From the NCBI GenBank assembly GCA_028821575.1, contig JAPPFW010000004.1, positions 1 to 61,867 of the forward strand: a DNA stretch of 61,867 bases, in the 5' to 3' direction. The stretch is from a bacterium (GTDB taxonomy: Bacteria; Actinomycetota; Acidimicrobiia; Spongiisociales; Spongiisociaceae). Positions 19,224 to 29,176 of this stretch are shown in pieces. Within the stretch, counting starts at the first letter, position 1. Each line of letters starts with the position of its first letter. A program made the position numbers and the translations under genes. The notes under the pieces are model-generated. The model did not search any database and was not told the DNA's origin. It worked only from the letters and a program-made list of their open reading frames with translations.

Positions 19224-20008
19224 TCGCCGGATCGCTTCACCCCTTCCACGAAGGTGCGCATCGCCCGCCCGAACAACCCGACATCACCGCAGGCGATCAG
19301 GCGGGCGCCCCGGGCGACGTACCTGGCTGCAAAGGCGGCATCGGGTGCCGGCACACCGAACGCGATCCCGTTGGCGTCGCAGGCGGCCTGGATCTCCATG
19401 GCGCACGAGACGACCGAGGGGTGGTCCCACTCGCCGGAAACACCCAGGTCGACGGTGAGGTCCGACAGCCCGGCCAGTATGCAGTCGATTCCCGGAACCG
19501 CGGCGATCGATCCCACGTTCCGCACGGCCTCGACCGACTCGATCTGGACCGAGACGAACGTCGCCCGGTTGGCCGCCTCGGTGAACTCCCCCAGAGGCAT
19601 CCGTAGGCCGAATCCGGTCCGGCGACCACCGGCGGTCCCTCGCGTGCCTCCCGACCCGTACCGGGTGGCCGCCACGACTGCCCGGGCGGTGGCCGGGGTC
19701 TCCACCTGGGCCACCATGACACCGTGGGCGCCGATGTCGAGCGCCCTCGTGATCAGGTCCCGCGCCGGGTTGGACAGCCGCAGGACCGGGACGGTTCCGG
19801 CCGACTCGGCCGCCAGTGCCATGACGCCCGCCCGCTCCCAGGTGATGGTGCTGTGCTCCATGTCGATCAGCAGGAAGTCGCAGCCGGCGTGCGCGCAGAG
19901 TTCGGCCAGCTCCATGCCCGGCAGCCGGAGGAACATGCCCACGGCTACTCCGCCCTCGGAGAGGATGGTCTTGAGTGGATTGCCGTCCCGGATGTCGACG
20001 AAGCCCAC
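19220..20008 (-). CDS. HpcH/HpaI aldolase family
   Basis: IDMEHS, LDIGAHG, QIES, SDL motifs. Confidence 0.88.
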   Translation of the reverse strand: MGFVDIRDGNPLKTILSEGGVAVGMFLRLPGMELAELCAHAGCDFLLIDMEHSTITWERAGVMALAAESAGTVPVLRLSNPARDLITRALDIGAHGVMVAQVETPATARAVVAATRYGSGGTRGTAGGRRTGFGLRMPLGEFTEAANRATFVSVQIESVEAVRNVGSIAAVPGIDCILAGLSDLTVDLGVSGEWDHPSVVSCAMEIQAACDANGIAFGVPAPDAAFAARYVARGARLIACGDVGLFGRAMRTFVEGVKRSGE

Positions 20009-20020
20009 GCCCGCGGACTC

Positions 20021-21043
20021 TCAGATGATCGACTTCACTTCGGCGAAGTGGCACGCCACCCGGTGGCCCGGTGCCTGCTCCTGGAGGGCCGGTTCCTCGG
20101 TCCGGCATATCTCCTTGTCCTTCCCGATGGGGCAACGGGTGTGGAAGCGGCATCCCGAGGGAGGATTCAGGGGGCTGGGGACGTCTCCCTCCAGCAGTAT
20201 GCGGGACCGCTGCCGCTGGATCCTGGGATTCGGCGTGGGGACCGCAGATAGCAGGGCATGCGTGTAGGGGTGCATGGGGCGTGCGAACAACTCGTCGGTG
20301 CCGGCCTGCTCGACGATCTTCCCCAGGTACATGACCGCCGTGTCGTCGCATATGTGGCGGACCACGGCCAGGTCGTGGGCGATGAACAGGTAGGTGAGGC
20401 CGAGCCGGTCCTGCAGTTCCTCCAGCAGGTTCAGAACCTGGGCCTGGATCGACACGTCGAGAGCCGAGACGGGTTCGTCGAGGATCAGGAAGCCAGGGTT
20501 GAGAGCCAGCGCCCGTGCCACACCGATTCGCTGGCGCTGCCCGCCGGAGAACTCGTGGGGATAGCGGTCGGCCACGTTGGGATTCATCCCGACCAGGCCC
20601 AGGAGTTCCCCCACCCGCTCTGCCCGGTCGGACCGCGACATGTCGGTATGGACATGCAGCAGCTCGCCGATGGCGGCGCCGACCGACATGCGCGGGTTGA
20701 GCGAGGCGAACGGGTCCTGGAAGACGATCTGCATGTGACGCCGGAGTTCCCGCAGCTGCTTGCGGTCGGCGGCGATGACATCGATCTGCTCGGAGCCACC
20801 CCCTTCGAGCGGGCGCCGGAGCACCACCTCCCCGGAGGTCGGTTCGATCAGCCGGAGGATGCTCCGGGCCGTGGTCGACTTTCCGCAGCCCGACTCACCG
20901 ACCAGACCGAGGGTGCTTCCGGATCGGATGTCGAAGGACAGGCCCGCCACGGCCGACACCTCGCCCTTCTCGCCGCCGAAGACGCCCCCGCCGACGATGA
21001 AGGTCTTGACTAGATCACGGACGGAGAGGGCGGCGGCGTCCAT
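20021..21043 (-). CDS. ABC ATPase (OppF/DppF-like)
   Basis: [35 protein letters not shown]. Confidence 0.92.
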   Translation of the reverse strand: MDAAALSVRDLVKTFIVGGGVFGGEKGEVSAVAGLSFDIRSGSTLGLVGESGCGKSTTARSILRLIEPTSGEVVLRRPLEGGGSEQIDVIAADRKQLRELRRHMQIVFQDPFASLNPRMSVGAAIGELLHVHTDMSRSDRAERVGELLGLVGMNPNVADRYPHEFSGGQRQRIGVARALALNPGFLILDEPVSALDVSIQAQVLNLLEELQDRLGLTYLFIAHDLAVVRHICDDTAVMYLGKIVEQAGTDELFARPMHPYTHALLSAVPTPNPRIQRQRSRILLEGDVPSPLNPPSGCRFHTRCPIGKDKEICRTEEPALQEQAPGHRVACHFAEVKSII

Positions 21044-21246
21044 GGTCAAGCTCGGATGTCTCGGGGGTCGGCGGCACGCATACGGCCGTCATTCTACGCC
21101 GCCTCCCGCTCGGGTTGTCACCCTTTCCTATGGCCGGGACCCGCGGGTGCCGCTCGATCCGGACCCGGGTCCCGGTTCGGCGGATAGTATGTTGCGAGCA
21201 CGCGCCGGCAAGGGCGGCGCTTACCGGCGAACAGAAAGGCATGCGG

Positions 21247-21786
21247 ATGGCTGAGGATTTCCGGGGGAGGCTGGGAGGCTTGGACGGTCACGAGTTCGAG
21301 CAGTTCCTGGACGGCGACTATCTGGCCCGGGTAGCGTGCCTGACACCCGACGGCGCTCCCTACGTGATACCCCTCTGGTACCAGTGGGATGGCAGGGCGA
21401 TGTGGCTGGTCGGTCGCCAGCGAGCGGTCTGGTGCGAGTACATGAAGAACGATCCCCGGGTCTCCCTGGTCGTCGATGCTCCGCACAGCGAGCCCGACGA
21501 GTCCGGCCGCAGCATGGAGATCCCAAAGGTCATCATCCAGGGCAACGCCGAGATCGTTGAGGAGCCCAACGTGGGCGGTATGTGGGTACAGGTCGCCGAA
21601 GAAATGTCCTACCGGTATCTCGGGCCGAACGGTCCCGAGTACCTGACCGGAACGATCAACCAACCACGCTGGCTCATCAAGATCGTTCCCACGGAGATCA
21701 CCAGCTGGCAGGGCGTCGGTTGGGCCCGCCGCTACTGGGTCGAGGGCACCGGCGGCGCGACCTACGAGCAGGCCCACGGCGGCTAG
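21247..21786 (+). CDS. Pyridoxamine 5'-phosphate oxidase-like (FMN/F420 split-barrel) protein
   Basis: ARVACLTPDGAPYVIPLWY, NDPRVSLVVD. Confidence 0.8.
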   Translation: MAEDFRGRLGGLDGHEFEQFLDGDYLARVACLTPDGAPYVIPLWYQWDGRAMWLVGRQRAVWCEYMKNDPRVSLVVDAPHSEPDESGRSMEIPKVIIQGNAEIVEEPNVGGMWVQVAEEMSYRYLGPNGPEYLTGTINQPRWLIKIVPTEITSWQGVGWARRYWVEGTGGATYEQAHGG

Positions 21787-21910
21787 TGGTCAGTGGATGG
21801 TAGCTAGGACGATCCTGTAATGATAACAATCTGTTACGACTCTCACTGATTACCAGCCACAAGCTACAAGTCACTAGGCATAGTGGCATTGTTCGTTTAT
21901 GGTGTTGGGT

Positions 21911-22285
21911 ATGGCTGTAGAAGGTGTTGAACTCGAGGTATGGGAGCTTCCTCCGCCCGAGACTGATCGTGACCTGTTCAGGTTGGCACGCGCCTTCGGA
22001 TGCGAACCTCTCGACGTTACTCCGCCCTCGGAGGATGGGGTTGAGGATGGCGCCCGCACTTACGTGATCGACTTCTCCAAGGCAGATCCCCGAACGATCG
22101 AGGAACTGGGCTGGGACGGTAATTGGGAACCCGTCGAGGAGACGCCCGCCGAGCGGGCGAAGCGCCTGAAGGACGGCATGGCCGCGATGGCCGAATACGA
22201 GGCGGAATACGGGGCATTCACTGCTGACGAGAAAGCGTGGGCCAGAGGAGTCATGGCGAGCTTGGGTATAGGTGTTGACGGCTGA
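21911..22285 (+). CDS. Putative antitoxin
   Basis: Directly upstream of a PIN gene; C-terminal EYEAEYGAFTADEKAWAR resembles actinobacterial VapB tails. Confidence 0.55.
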   Translation: MAVEGVELEVWELPPPETDRDLFRLARAFGCEPLDVTPPSEDGVEDGARTYVIDFSKADPRTIEELGWDGNWEPVEETPAERAKRLKDGMAAMAEYEAEYGAFTADEKAWARGVMASLGIGVDG

Positions 22286-22287
22286 GC

Positions 22288-22662
22288 ATGGGAGGTCTGA
22301 CCTACGACACGGGTGCCTTGATCGCCGCCGAACGAAACGACCGACGAACCTGGCGGTTGCACGACGGTGCGATTTCACAAGGGCTGAAGCCGACGGTACC
22401 AGCGGGGGTGTTGGCCCAGGCATGGCGCGGAGGACCCCAGCCGAGGCTGTCCCAATTCCTGAGAGGTTGCCACATCGAGGCCTTGGATGAGCAGTTGGCC
22501 CGCTTGGTGGGGGCGAAGTCCCAGGCGCATGCGTCGCCGGATATCGTGGATGTGTCTGTCGTCGTGAGTGCCCGGCCCCGGGGCGATACTGTTGTCACAG
22601 GGGACCGCCGCCATGTGGTTCCGCTGGCCGGATCACTCGGCGTGCCAGTCGTATTGGTCTGA
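22288..22662 (+). CDS. PIN-domain (VapC-like) toxin
   Basis: YDTGALIAAER, VPAGVLAQAWR, DIVD, VVTGD. Confidence 0.85.
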   Translation: MGGLTYDTGALIAAERNDRRTWRLHDGAISQGLKPTVPAGVLAQAWRGGPQPRLSQFLRGCHIEALDEQLARLVGAKSQAHASPDIVDVSVVVSARPRGDTVVTGDRRHVVPLAGSLGVPVVLV

Positions 22663-22676
22663 ATCCACACGTATCC

Positions 22677-22731
22677 GGTCAGTGGTCAGTGGTCAGTGGT
22701 CAGTGGTCAGTGGTCAGTGGTCAGTGGTCAG
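22677..22731. repeat. Heptamer tandem repeat (GGTCAGT)x~8
   Basis: Read directly; followed by a degenerate complementary C-rich tract. Confidence 0.95.
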
Positions 22732-22764
22732 CATAAACCAGTACTAACCACCAGCTACCAACCA

Positions 22765-23583
22765 CTAGCCAAGCCGTTTCAGCCAGCCGAGGGTGAACGC
22801 GTTCCACTCGTCCACCATCTCGTAGAACGCGATGTGGCTGGACGCCGGGCCTGTGAAGACGTGCATGGTCGAACCGGGTATGCGCCGCTGCACCTCGAGG
22901 CCGTAGCGGGTGGGCACCTGCCAGTCGACCTCTCCGGATGTGATCAGCGTGGGAACTGAGATGCGGTGGAGACGGTCGAGGGTGTCATGGGTCCTGTCGG
23001 CGTGGAAGTGCCCCATCATTCCCTCCTTGCTGGGAGGATTGGGGTTCTCGAAGACGAATCCCCGCTCGAAGGCCTCGACCTCGTCGGGTCGCTCGTTGAT
23101 GAACTGCGGGCTCGCCACCCAGAGCAGGGCGGTGCGTATGTACATGGCGTAGTCGCCGTGGAGAACCGGTAGCTCGTTGGTGTCGATCATCCTTATGAAC
23201 CACTCGTCCGAGCGGCCCCAGGTGCAGTGGAGCTGGACCGAGGCCACCTTGGCGGGATGGTTGATGGTCAACTCCTGGGCTGTGGCGCTCCCTAGGGAAA
23301 GGCCGGAGACGTGGGCCCGGTCTACGCCTATGTGATCGAGCAGAGCGGCTGCGTCGTCCCCGAGGATCTCCATCGAGTAGCTCCGGGGATCGGGAGGTCG
23401 GGTTGACTGCCCGGTGCCGCGGGCATCGTATGCGATCACGGTGTAGTGATCGCGGTACGCCGCAACCTGTCCGGCCCAGGTGGAGTGATCGGCTGCCGTC
23501 CCCATGATCAGGAGCAGCGGATCGCCGGAACCCTCGATCTCGTAGTACATGTCGATGCCGGTGGGCAGCGATGCGAACGGCAT
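22765..23583 (-). CDS. Alpha/beta hydrolase
   Basis: DARGTGQS, GLSLG nucleophile elbow, GEVD, SSH. Confidence 0.88.
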   Translation of the reverse strand: MPFASLPTGIDMYYEIEGSGDPLLLIMGTAADHSTWAGQVAAYRDHYTVIAYDARGTGQSTRPPDPRSYSMEILGDDAAALLDHIGVDRAHVSGLSLGSATAQELTINHPAKVASVQLHCTWGRSDEWFIRMIDTNELPVLHGDYAMYIRTALLWVASPQFINERPDEVEAFERGFVFENPNPPSKEGMMGHFHADRTHDTLDRLHRISVPTLITSGEVDWQVPTRYGLEVQRRIPGSTMHVFTGPASSHIAFYEMVDEWNAFTLGWLKRLG

Positions 23584-23592
23584 GGTGAACTC

Positions 23593-23618
23593 CTGGTGGC
23601 TGGTGGCTGGTGGCTGGT
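23593..23618. repeat. Heptamer repeat (CTGGTGG)x~3.7
   Basis: Same unit as 4390-4464. Confidence 0.8.
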
Positions 23619-23624
23619 TTCGGT

Positions 23625-24626
23625 CTAAGGTGGGGCGGCGCCGGTGGACATCATGATCTTGACGTCCGTACGCCTCTGGGTGGCCAGGTCCTCGAACGCG
23701 GCGGCGATGTCCTCGAAGCTCTCCACGCTGCCGATCAACGGTTCGAGGTCCAGCCCTCCGGTAGCCAGATAACCGGCGGCCTCCCGGAACACCTCATCGG
23801 GATAGCAGAAGCTTCCGACGATCACCCGCTCGGCGACCACGACGTCGAAGAGGGGGATCTCCACCGCGGGAAGCCCGAGGCCCACGAAGCAGATAACCCC
23901 CGCCTTGGGAACGCTACGGATAGCGGCGAAGGCTGTCGCCGAAATGCCGACCGCGTCGAAGGAGACCTCGAAGGGACCGGCTGCTTCCACCTCGTCCGGA
24001 CGCAGCGCCTCAAACCCTGCCGACGCGGCCAGCGAGCGCCGTTCGGCGATCGGGTCCGACACCGCTACGCGCATTGCACCCTCTAGGCGGCACGTCTGGG
24101 CGATCGACTGGCCGATCATCCCCCCACCGACTACCAGGACGGACTGTCCGGAGCGGACCCCGGCCCTCCGCGTGGCCTGCAGCGCCACCGCCATCGGTTC
24201 TACCCCGGCCCCCCAGAGGAGGCTCAGGTTCCCGAGCGGTACGAGCCGGCCGGCGGGGATGACCATCGCGTCGGCGAACGCGCCCTGTATCTCCGGGGTG
24301 ACCCCGATCACGCGCAGGACGGCGCAATGGTTCTCCGGCCCGTGCCCGCACGATCCGTCGCAGGGCAGGCTCGGATTGAAGGTGACCGGGAGACCGATCG
24401 CCAGATCGGTCACCCCGGGACCGACCGCTTCGACCCATCCGCTGGCCTCGTGTCCCATGATCATTCCCGGCAACCTGCGCCCCGACTCGCCCGTGTAACC
24501 ATGGAGGTCGGAGCCGCAGATACCGACGTAGGCCATCCGGATGCGCACCTCTCCGGCGCCGGGGTCGGGCTTGGGGCGTCTCTCCACGTGGAAACGATGC
24601 CGGCCGTCGAAGACCAACACCCGCAT
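23625..24626 (-). CDS. Zinc-binding (MDR) alcohol/polyol dehydrogenase
   Basis: GICGSDLH, GHE, VGGGMIG. Confidence 0.9.
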   Translation of the reverse strand: MRVLVFDGRHRFHVERRPKPDPGAGEVRIRMAYVGICGSDLHGYTGESGRRLPGMIMGHEASGWVEAVGPGVTDLAIGLPVTFNPSLPCDGSCGHGPENHCAVLRVIGVTPEIQGAFADAMVIPAGRLVPLGNLSLLWGAGVEPMAVALQATRRAGVRSGQSVLVVGGGMIGQSIAQTCRLEGAMRVAVSDPIAERRSLAASAGFEALRPDEVEAAGPFEVSFDAVGISATAFAAIRSVPKAGVICFVGLGLPAVEIPLFDVVVAERVIVGSFCYPDEVFREAAGYLATGGLDLEPLIGSVESFEDIAAAFEDLATQRRTDVKIMMSTGAAPP

Positions 24627-24716
24627 GTCTGCTTTAGGTGTTGGGTGTTGGGTGCTAGGTGTCATGGGTTGGGTGTTGGGAGTTCGGGTACAGCGTGTCG
24701 GGTGCCGGGCTGCCGG

Positions 24717-26132
24717 TCATGCAGTCTCCACGTGTACGGGGGGACGGCGGGGGGTCCAGTCGGTGGCCGACTCGTATGCGGCGCCGATCTGGAGCACGGT
24801 CGCCTCTTCGAACGGGCGTCCCGCGATCTGGAGACCGGCCGGCAGTCCATTGCCGTCGAACCCGCAGGGCACGCTCAGCGCGGGCTGGCCGGAAAGGTTG
24901 AACGGAGCCGTCGTTCTCACGTAGGCCGCGGTCACATCCTCCACAACGCCTCCGCACTCCAATTGCTCGTCGCCGGCCGGCGCGGCGGTTGCAGGCAGGG
25001 TCGGGGTGACCACGGCATCCAGGTTGTGGTTTTCGAAGGCAGCGCGTAGACCGTCGCGGATCACCGAGCGCGCCTGCAGGCCCGTCAGGTAGTAGGACGA
25101 GGGAACCAACGTCCCGATGGTGAACAGATGCCGGATACCCGGCGAGATCGCCTCGGGGCGGTCGCGGAGCAGCCGCCGGTGATACGCGGCGGCCTCCGGC
25201 CCGACGATGGCGAACTCGGTCGCAAGGGTGCGGTCCAGTTCCGGTATGCGAAGGGGCGGGAGTTCGGCGCCCAGTGACCGGAGCACCTCGACCGCACGGC
25301 CGAACGAATCAGCCACCGCACCCTGCAAAGGCGCGAACGGCGCGTCCGCCAGCACACCGATCCGTAGTCCCTCCACGCCTCGACCGAGCCCGGCCGAGAA
25401 GTCCGGTACCGGAAGGCGGCTCGTCGCGGGGTCGGCGGGGTCGAAGCCGGCCATGGCCTGGAGGCTGGCGGCGCAGTCGGACACCGTGGCGGCGAGGGGA
25501 CCCAGGTGGTCCAGCGACCAGGCCAGCGATGCGACTCCGGCTCTTGAGACCCGCCCGAAGGTGGGCTTGAGGCCTGCCACCCCGCACACCGATGCCGGGA
25601 TCCTGATGGAGCCACCGGTGTCGCTTCCGAGCGCCATGGGGACCGCACCGGCAGCCACGGCTGCGCCCGAACCCCCGCTTGAGCCCCCGGGGAGGCGGTC
25701 CGTATCCCAGGGGTTGGCGGCCGGTGCGCTGTAGACGCCGCACGCCAACTCGTGGGTCGTGGTCTTCCCGACCATCACCGCCCCGGCCTCCCGGAGCCTG
25801 GTGACGACGGTCGCATCCGCCGATCGGGCCCGGTTTGAGAACGCAGGCGACCCGCACCGGGTAGGGAGCCCGGCCATGTCGATGATGTCCTTGATCCCTA
25901 CGGGGATCCCGGTGAGGGGACCTGCATCTCTCCCCGACTGCAGCAGGGCGTCGGCTGCTTCGGCGCCTGACAGGGCGCCGTCCCGATCGACCAGCACGAA
26001 TGCGTTCAGCCGATCGTTCACCCGCTCGATCCCGTCCAGCGCCCTCGTGGTCAACTCCACCGAGGACGTGGCGCCGCTCCTGAGTCTTGCGGCCGCTTCT
26101 GCGATCCAGCCTGCCGCGGGCACTATCGCCAC
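24717..26132 (-). CDS. Amidase-signature family enzyme
   Basis: GIKD (Lys), GGSSGGS, DTGGSIRIP catalytic triad motifs. Confidence 0.92.
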   Translation of the reverse strand: MAIVPAAGWIAEAAARLRSGATSSVELTTRALDGIERVNDRLNAFVLVDRDGALSGAEAADALLQSGRDAGPLTGIPVGIKDIIDMAGLPTRCGSPAFSNRARSADATVVTRLREAGAVMVGKTTTHELACGVYSAPAANPWDTDRLPGGSSGGSGAAVAAGAVPMALGSDTGGSIRIPASVCGVAGLKPTFGRVSRAGVASLAWSLDHLGPLAATVSDCAASLQAMAGFDPADPATSRLPVPDFSAGLGRGVEGLRIGVLADAPFAPLQGAVADSFGRAVEVLRSLGAELPPLRIPELDRTLATEFAIVGPEAAAYHRRLLRDRPEAISPGIRHLFTIGTLVPSSYYLTGLQARSVIRDGLRAAFENHNLDAVVTPTLPATAAPAGDEQLECGGVVEDVTAAYVRTTAPFNLSGQPALSVPCGFDGNGLPAGLQIAGRPFEEATVLQIGAAYESATDWTPRRPPVHVETA

Positions 26133-26311
26133 TCCGGCTCGAATGTCGTTGCGTACTCGACGTCCCGGTTGTCCAGCAAGCGCTCCAGTTCTCTCCCATC
26201 CACCCGTGCGGCTGCCAACCCGTCGGCGACGGCCGCCACGTCGAAGGCGGGACCATCGAGCCCGCTCTGCCTCAGCAACTCCGCGACGCGGGAGCAGGTG
26301 AGGTCATCCAT
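26123..26311 (-). CDS. Small protein coupled to the amidase (possible GatC/AtzG-like subunit)
   Basis: 62 aa, overlaps both neighbours, ends EYATTFEPEWR. Confidence 0.55.
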   Translation of the reverse strand: MDDLTCSRVAELLRQSGLDGPAFDVAAVADGLAAARVDGRELERLLDNRDVEYATTFEPEWR

Positions 26312-26696
26312 CGCCGGTCACCGCGATCACGTCGACCTCCATCTTGAGCCCCGGGAGGCCGAGGGCCGCCGCCTGCATCGCGGTGACGGCCGGGAACGGC
26401 CTGCCCGCGAACACCTCTTCCCTGACCGGGAACTCGTCGGATATCTCCCTGATGTCCTGCATGATGTAGGTGACCTTGACCACGTCCGCTATCGAACTAC
26501 CGGCGCCCTCCAGGATGTCCCGGATGTTCCGCCAGACCTGACGGGCCTGTTCCTCCACGGTGTCGCCCACGATGTCGCCGTTGCGGTCGAAGGCGACCTG
26601 CCCGGCCAGGTACAGCGTGTTCCCGGCCCTGATAGCGTGGGAATAGGGTTCCGGAGGTGGGCTGAGCGCATCGACCTCGACTGCCTCGATCCCCAT
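26304..26696 (-). CDS. RidA/YjgF family protein
   Basis: PYSHAI, LYLAGQ, DVVKVT, EVDVIA; GGAGG RBS. Confidence 0.9.
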   Translation of the reverse strand: MGIEAVEVDALSPPPEPYSHAIRAGNTLYLAGQVAFDRNGDIVGDTVEEQARQVWRNIRDILEGAGSSIADVVKVTYIMQDIREISDEFPVREEVFAGRPFPAVTAMQAAALGLPGLKMEVDVIAVTGDG

Positions 26697-26763
26697 CCGT
26701 ATTCCTCCTTCGGGCCGGCCACGATCATATACAATGCCGCCCAGCCTAAGCGGAAGTGCGGTG

Positions 26764-27591
26764 ATGCGGATAGCTCGATTCAGGGCAGATGGAATGGAGT
26801 ACTGGGGATTCGTCGATGGCGACACGGTACGCCCCGTGACCGGCGGGCCGGACCTGATGGACGTTCTGGGCGATCCTGGAGCGCTCGGCGATCTCTCCCG
26901 GAGGTCGACCGCCGAAGCAGCCCTCGGGAGCGTCGACCTGCTGGCCCCGGTCCCGAACCCGCCCCAGTTCGTCGGGATCGGGCTCAACTACCGGGCTCAC
27001 GCCGCCGAGTCGGGCGCCGCGGTGCCGACCTCCCCGGTCAGCTTTCCTTTCTTCAACTCCTCGATCATCGACCCGGGCGACCCCATCCTGCTTCCGCCCT
27101 TCACCGACGAAGTCGACTGGGAGGTCGAACTCGGGGTGGTGATCGGAAAGAGCGCCCGCGACGTCGCCGTGGAGGACGCTCTCGAGTACGTGGCCGGCTA
27201 CGTGATCGTCAACGACGTGTCGGCCCGGGACATTCAAAGGACGGAAGGCCAGTGGAGCCGCGCCAAGTCCCTCGACACCTTCAAACCGATGGGTCCCTGG
27301 ATCACGACCACCGACGAGTTGGGTCCCGCCGACGACCTCGACGTGAAGCTCTGGGTGAACGACGTGCTCAAGCAGTCCGGTGTGACCTCGGACCTGATCT
27401 TCGATGTTCCCGCGCTCGTGTCCCACCTCTCGCAGTCCCTCACCCTCGGCGTGGGGGCGGTGATCTCAACAGGAACTCCTAGCGGGGTCGGATTCGCCCG
27501 TACGCCGCCCGAATACCTGCAGGCGGGCGATGTGGTGACCCTCGAGATAGAGCGCATCGGGAGGTTGACCAACCCGGTCGAAGCCGGCTGA
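26764..27591 (+). CDS. Fumarylacetoacetate hydrolase family protein
   Basis: GLNYRAH, DWEVEL, NDVSARD, K-S-D, TGTPSGVG. Confidence 0.92.
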   Translation: MRIARFRADGMEYWGFVDGDTVRPVTGGPDLMDVLGDPGALGDLSRRSTAEAALGSVDLLAPVPNPPQFVGIGLNYRAHAAESGAAVPTSPVSFPFFNSSIIDPGDPILLPPFTDEVDWEVELGVVIGKSARDVAVEDALEYVAGYVIVNDVSARDIQRTEGQWSRAKSLDTFKPMGPWITTTDELGPADDLDVKLWVNDVLKQSGVTSDLIFDVPALVSHLSQSLTLGVGAVISTGTPSGVGFARTPPEYLQAGDVVTLEIERIGRLTNPVEAG

Positions 27592-27650
27592 GCGGCACCG
27601 CCGGCCCGCCCCGGCGCTATGTTGCATGGCCTGAACGGAGGGAGGCATCC

Positions 27651-28466
27651 ATGCCAACGGTCGAGGTCAATGGGGTAGACATCTGGTATCGATTCTCGGG
27701 TGAGGGCGAGACGGTGGTGCAGATCGGTGGCGCGGTCAGCGCCCATGAAGGCTACGAGACCATCACCCCGGGTCTGTCGCAGCACTACCGCGTGCTCGAC
27801 TACGACCACCGGGGGTACGGGCTGAGTAGCCGTCCCGATCAGCACTACACGCTGGAGGTGTGGAGCGCCGACCTGGCCGCTCTGATGGAGCTTCTCGAAG
27901 TGGAGAAGGCCCACATCCACGGTGGTTCGATGGGGAGTTTCATCGCTCTCGACTTCGCGGCCAGTTACCCGCAGAAGGTGGACAAACTGCTGATGGGGGC
28001 GGGCGCCGTGGCAAAGTGCGATGCGATGGGCGTCCACATGTTCCGGATCTGGCAGGACGTGGCCTCGGCCTACGGAGTCGCATCCGAGGAACTGGCCCGC
28101 GAGCTGCTAACCAAGGCATTCGCTAGGCCGTTCCTCGACGAGATGGGCGATGAGATTCTCATGGCTACGAAGGATGTGCTGGCCCGTAACACGGAGTTGA
28201 GTGTCTTCATCGACGCCTGCCAGGCGATGATCGATACCGATGTCCGGGACGTCCTGGCCCGGGTCACGGCGCCGGCGCTGGTGATGGTGGGCCGCCACGA
28301 CATACTCACTCCGATCGATGCGGGTCCCGGCGGCGCCGGTGCCCGGTACGTGGCCGAGAACCTTCCCAACGGGCGGATGGAGGTCTTCGAGCACAGCGGT
28401 CACGCCCACTACGTCGAGGAGGCCGAACGGTCTATCGAGGTGATCCTCGAGTTCCTGGCCGGCTGA
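27651..28466 (+). CDS. Alpha/beta hydrolase
   Basis: DHRGYGLS, GGSMG, GRHD, SGH. Confidence 0.88.
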   Translation: MPTVEVNGVDIWYRFSGEGETVVQIGGAVSAHEGYETITPGLSQHYRVLDYDHRGYGLSSRPDQHYTLEVWSADLAALMELLEVEKAHIHGGSMGSFIALDFAASYPQKVDKLLMGAGAVAKCDAMGVHMFRIWQDVASAYGVASEELARELLTKAFARPFLDEMGDEILMATKDVLARNTELSVFIDACQAMIDTDVRDVLARVTAPALVMVGRHDILTPIDAGPGGAGARYVAENLPNGRMEVFEHSGHAHYVEEAERSIEVILEFLAG

Positions 28467-28549
28467 GTTATCCCGGGCAACCGGAGACAGGGCAGGTGGA
28501 TTCGTGCTTTGGTCTCCCATGTGATGTATGTGAGTGGTATTGTGTGTTC

Positions 28550-28795
28550 ATGGGTGGGACGTATGCGGCAGTCATGGGAGACCGGGGCAGATTGGTGGTG
28601 CCGGCGGAGGTCAGAACTCGCCACGGATTCGAGAAGGGCACCTCCCTGATCTTCATGGAAACACCCTTGGGTCTGGTTCTCACGAGCCGCGAGACCCTAC
28701 TGGCGCGGATCCAATCTGAACTTGAGGGCAGCAACCTGGTCGAGGAGCTCGTGGCCGAGCGAAGGCGGGAAGCTGTGATCGAGGACGCCGGGTGA
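28550..28795 (+). CDS. AbrB/MazE-type antitoxin
   Basis: MGDRGRLVVPAEVR..G; overlaps the toxin start. Confidence 0.85.
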   Translation: MGGTYAAVMGDRGRLVVPAEVRTRHGFEKGTSLIFMETPLGLVLTSRETLLARIQSELEGSNLVEELVAERRREAVIEDAG

Positions 28796-29166
28796 CGACG
28801 GTACTGGATGCCTCGGCGATCCTGGCGCTCCTTCTCCGGGAGCCTGGAGCGGATGTCGTGCAGATGTCCCTCGAGCGAGATGCGAGGTGTGGAGCCGCCA
28901 ACTGGTCGGAGGTCGCTCAGAAGGTGTTCTCAGTGGACCGGGCTTATTGGGAGCCGGTGCGGGCGACCCTGGTGGACGGCTACGGTGTCCGGATCGAGGC
29001 GGTCCGGATCGAGGATGCCGAGTGGGCTGCCGGCCGATGGCGACAGGGGGAAGGTCTCTCGCTGGCGGATCGCCTATGCATGGCTCTGGGAGAACGTCTG
29101 GACGCGGAGATCCTGACTGCTGACCGTGCCTGGGGCGCCGAAGGTCGTGTGAGGCAGATAAGGTGA
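28792..29166 (+). CDS. vapC: VapC/PIN toxin
   Basis: VLDASAILA, NWSEV, LSLADRLC, LTADRAW. Confidence 0.88.
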   Translation: MTTVLDASAILALLLREPGADVVQMSLERDARCGAANWSEVAQKVFSVDRAYWEPVRATLVDGYGVRIEAVRIEDAEWAAGRWRQGEGLSLADRLCMALGERLDAEILTADRAWGAEGRVRQIR

Positions 29167-29176
29167 CGGGCCGAGC

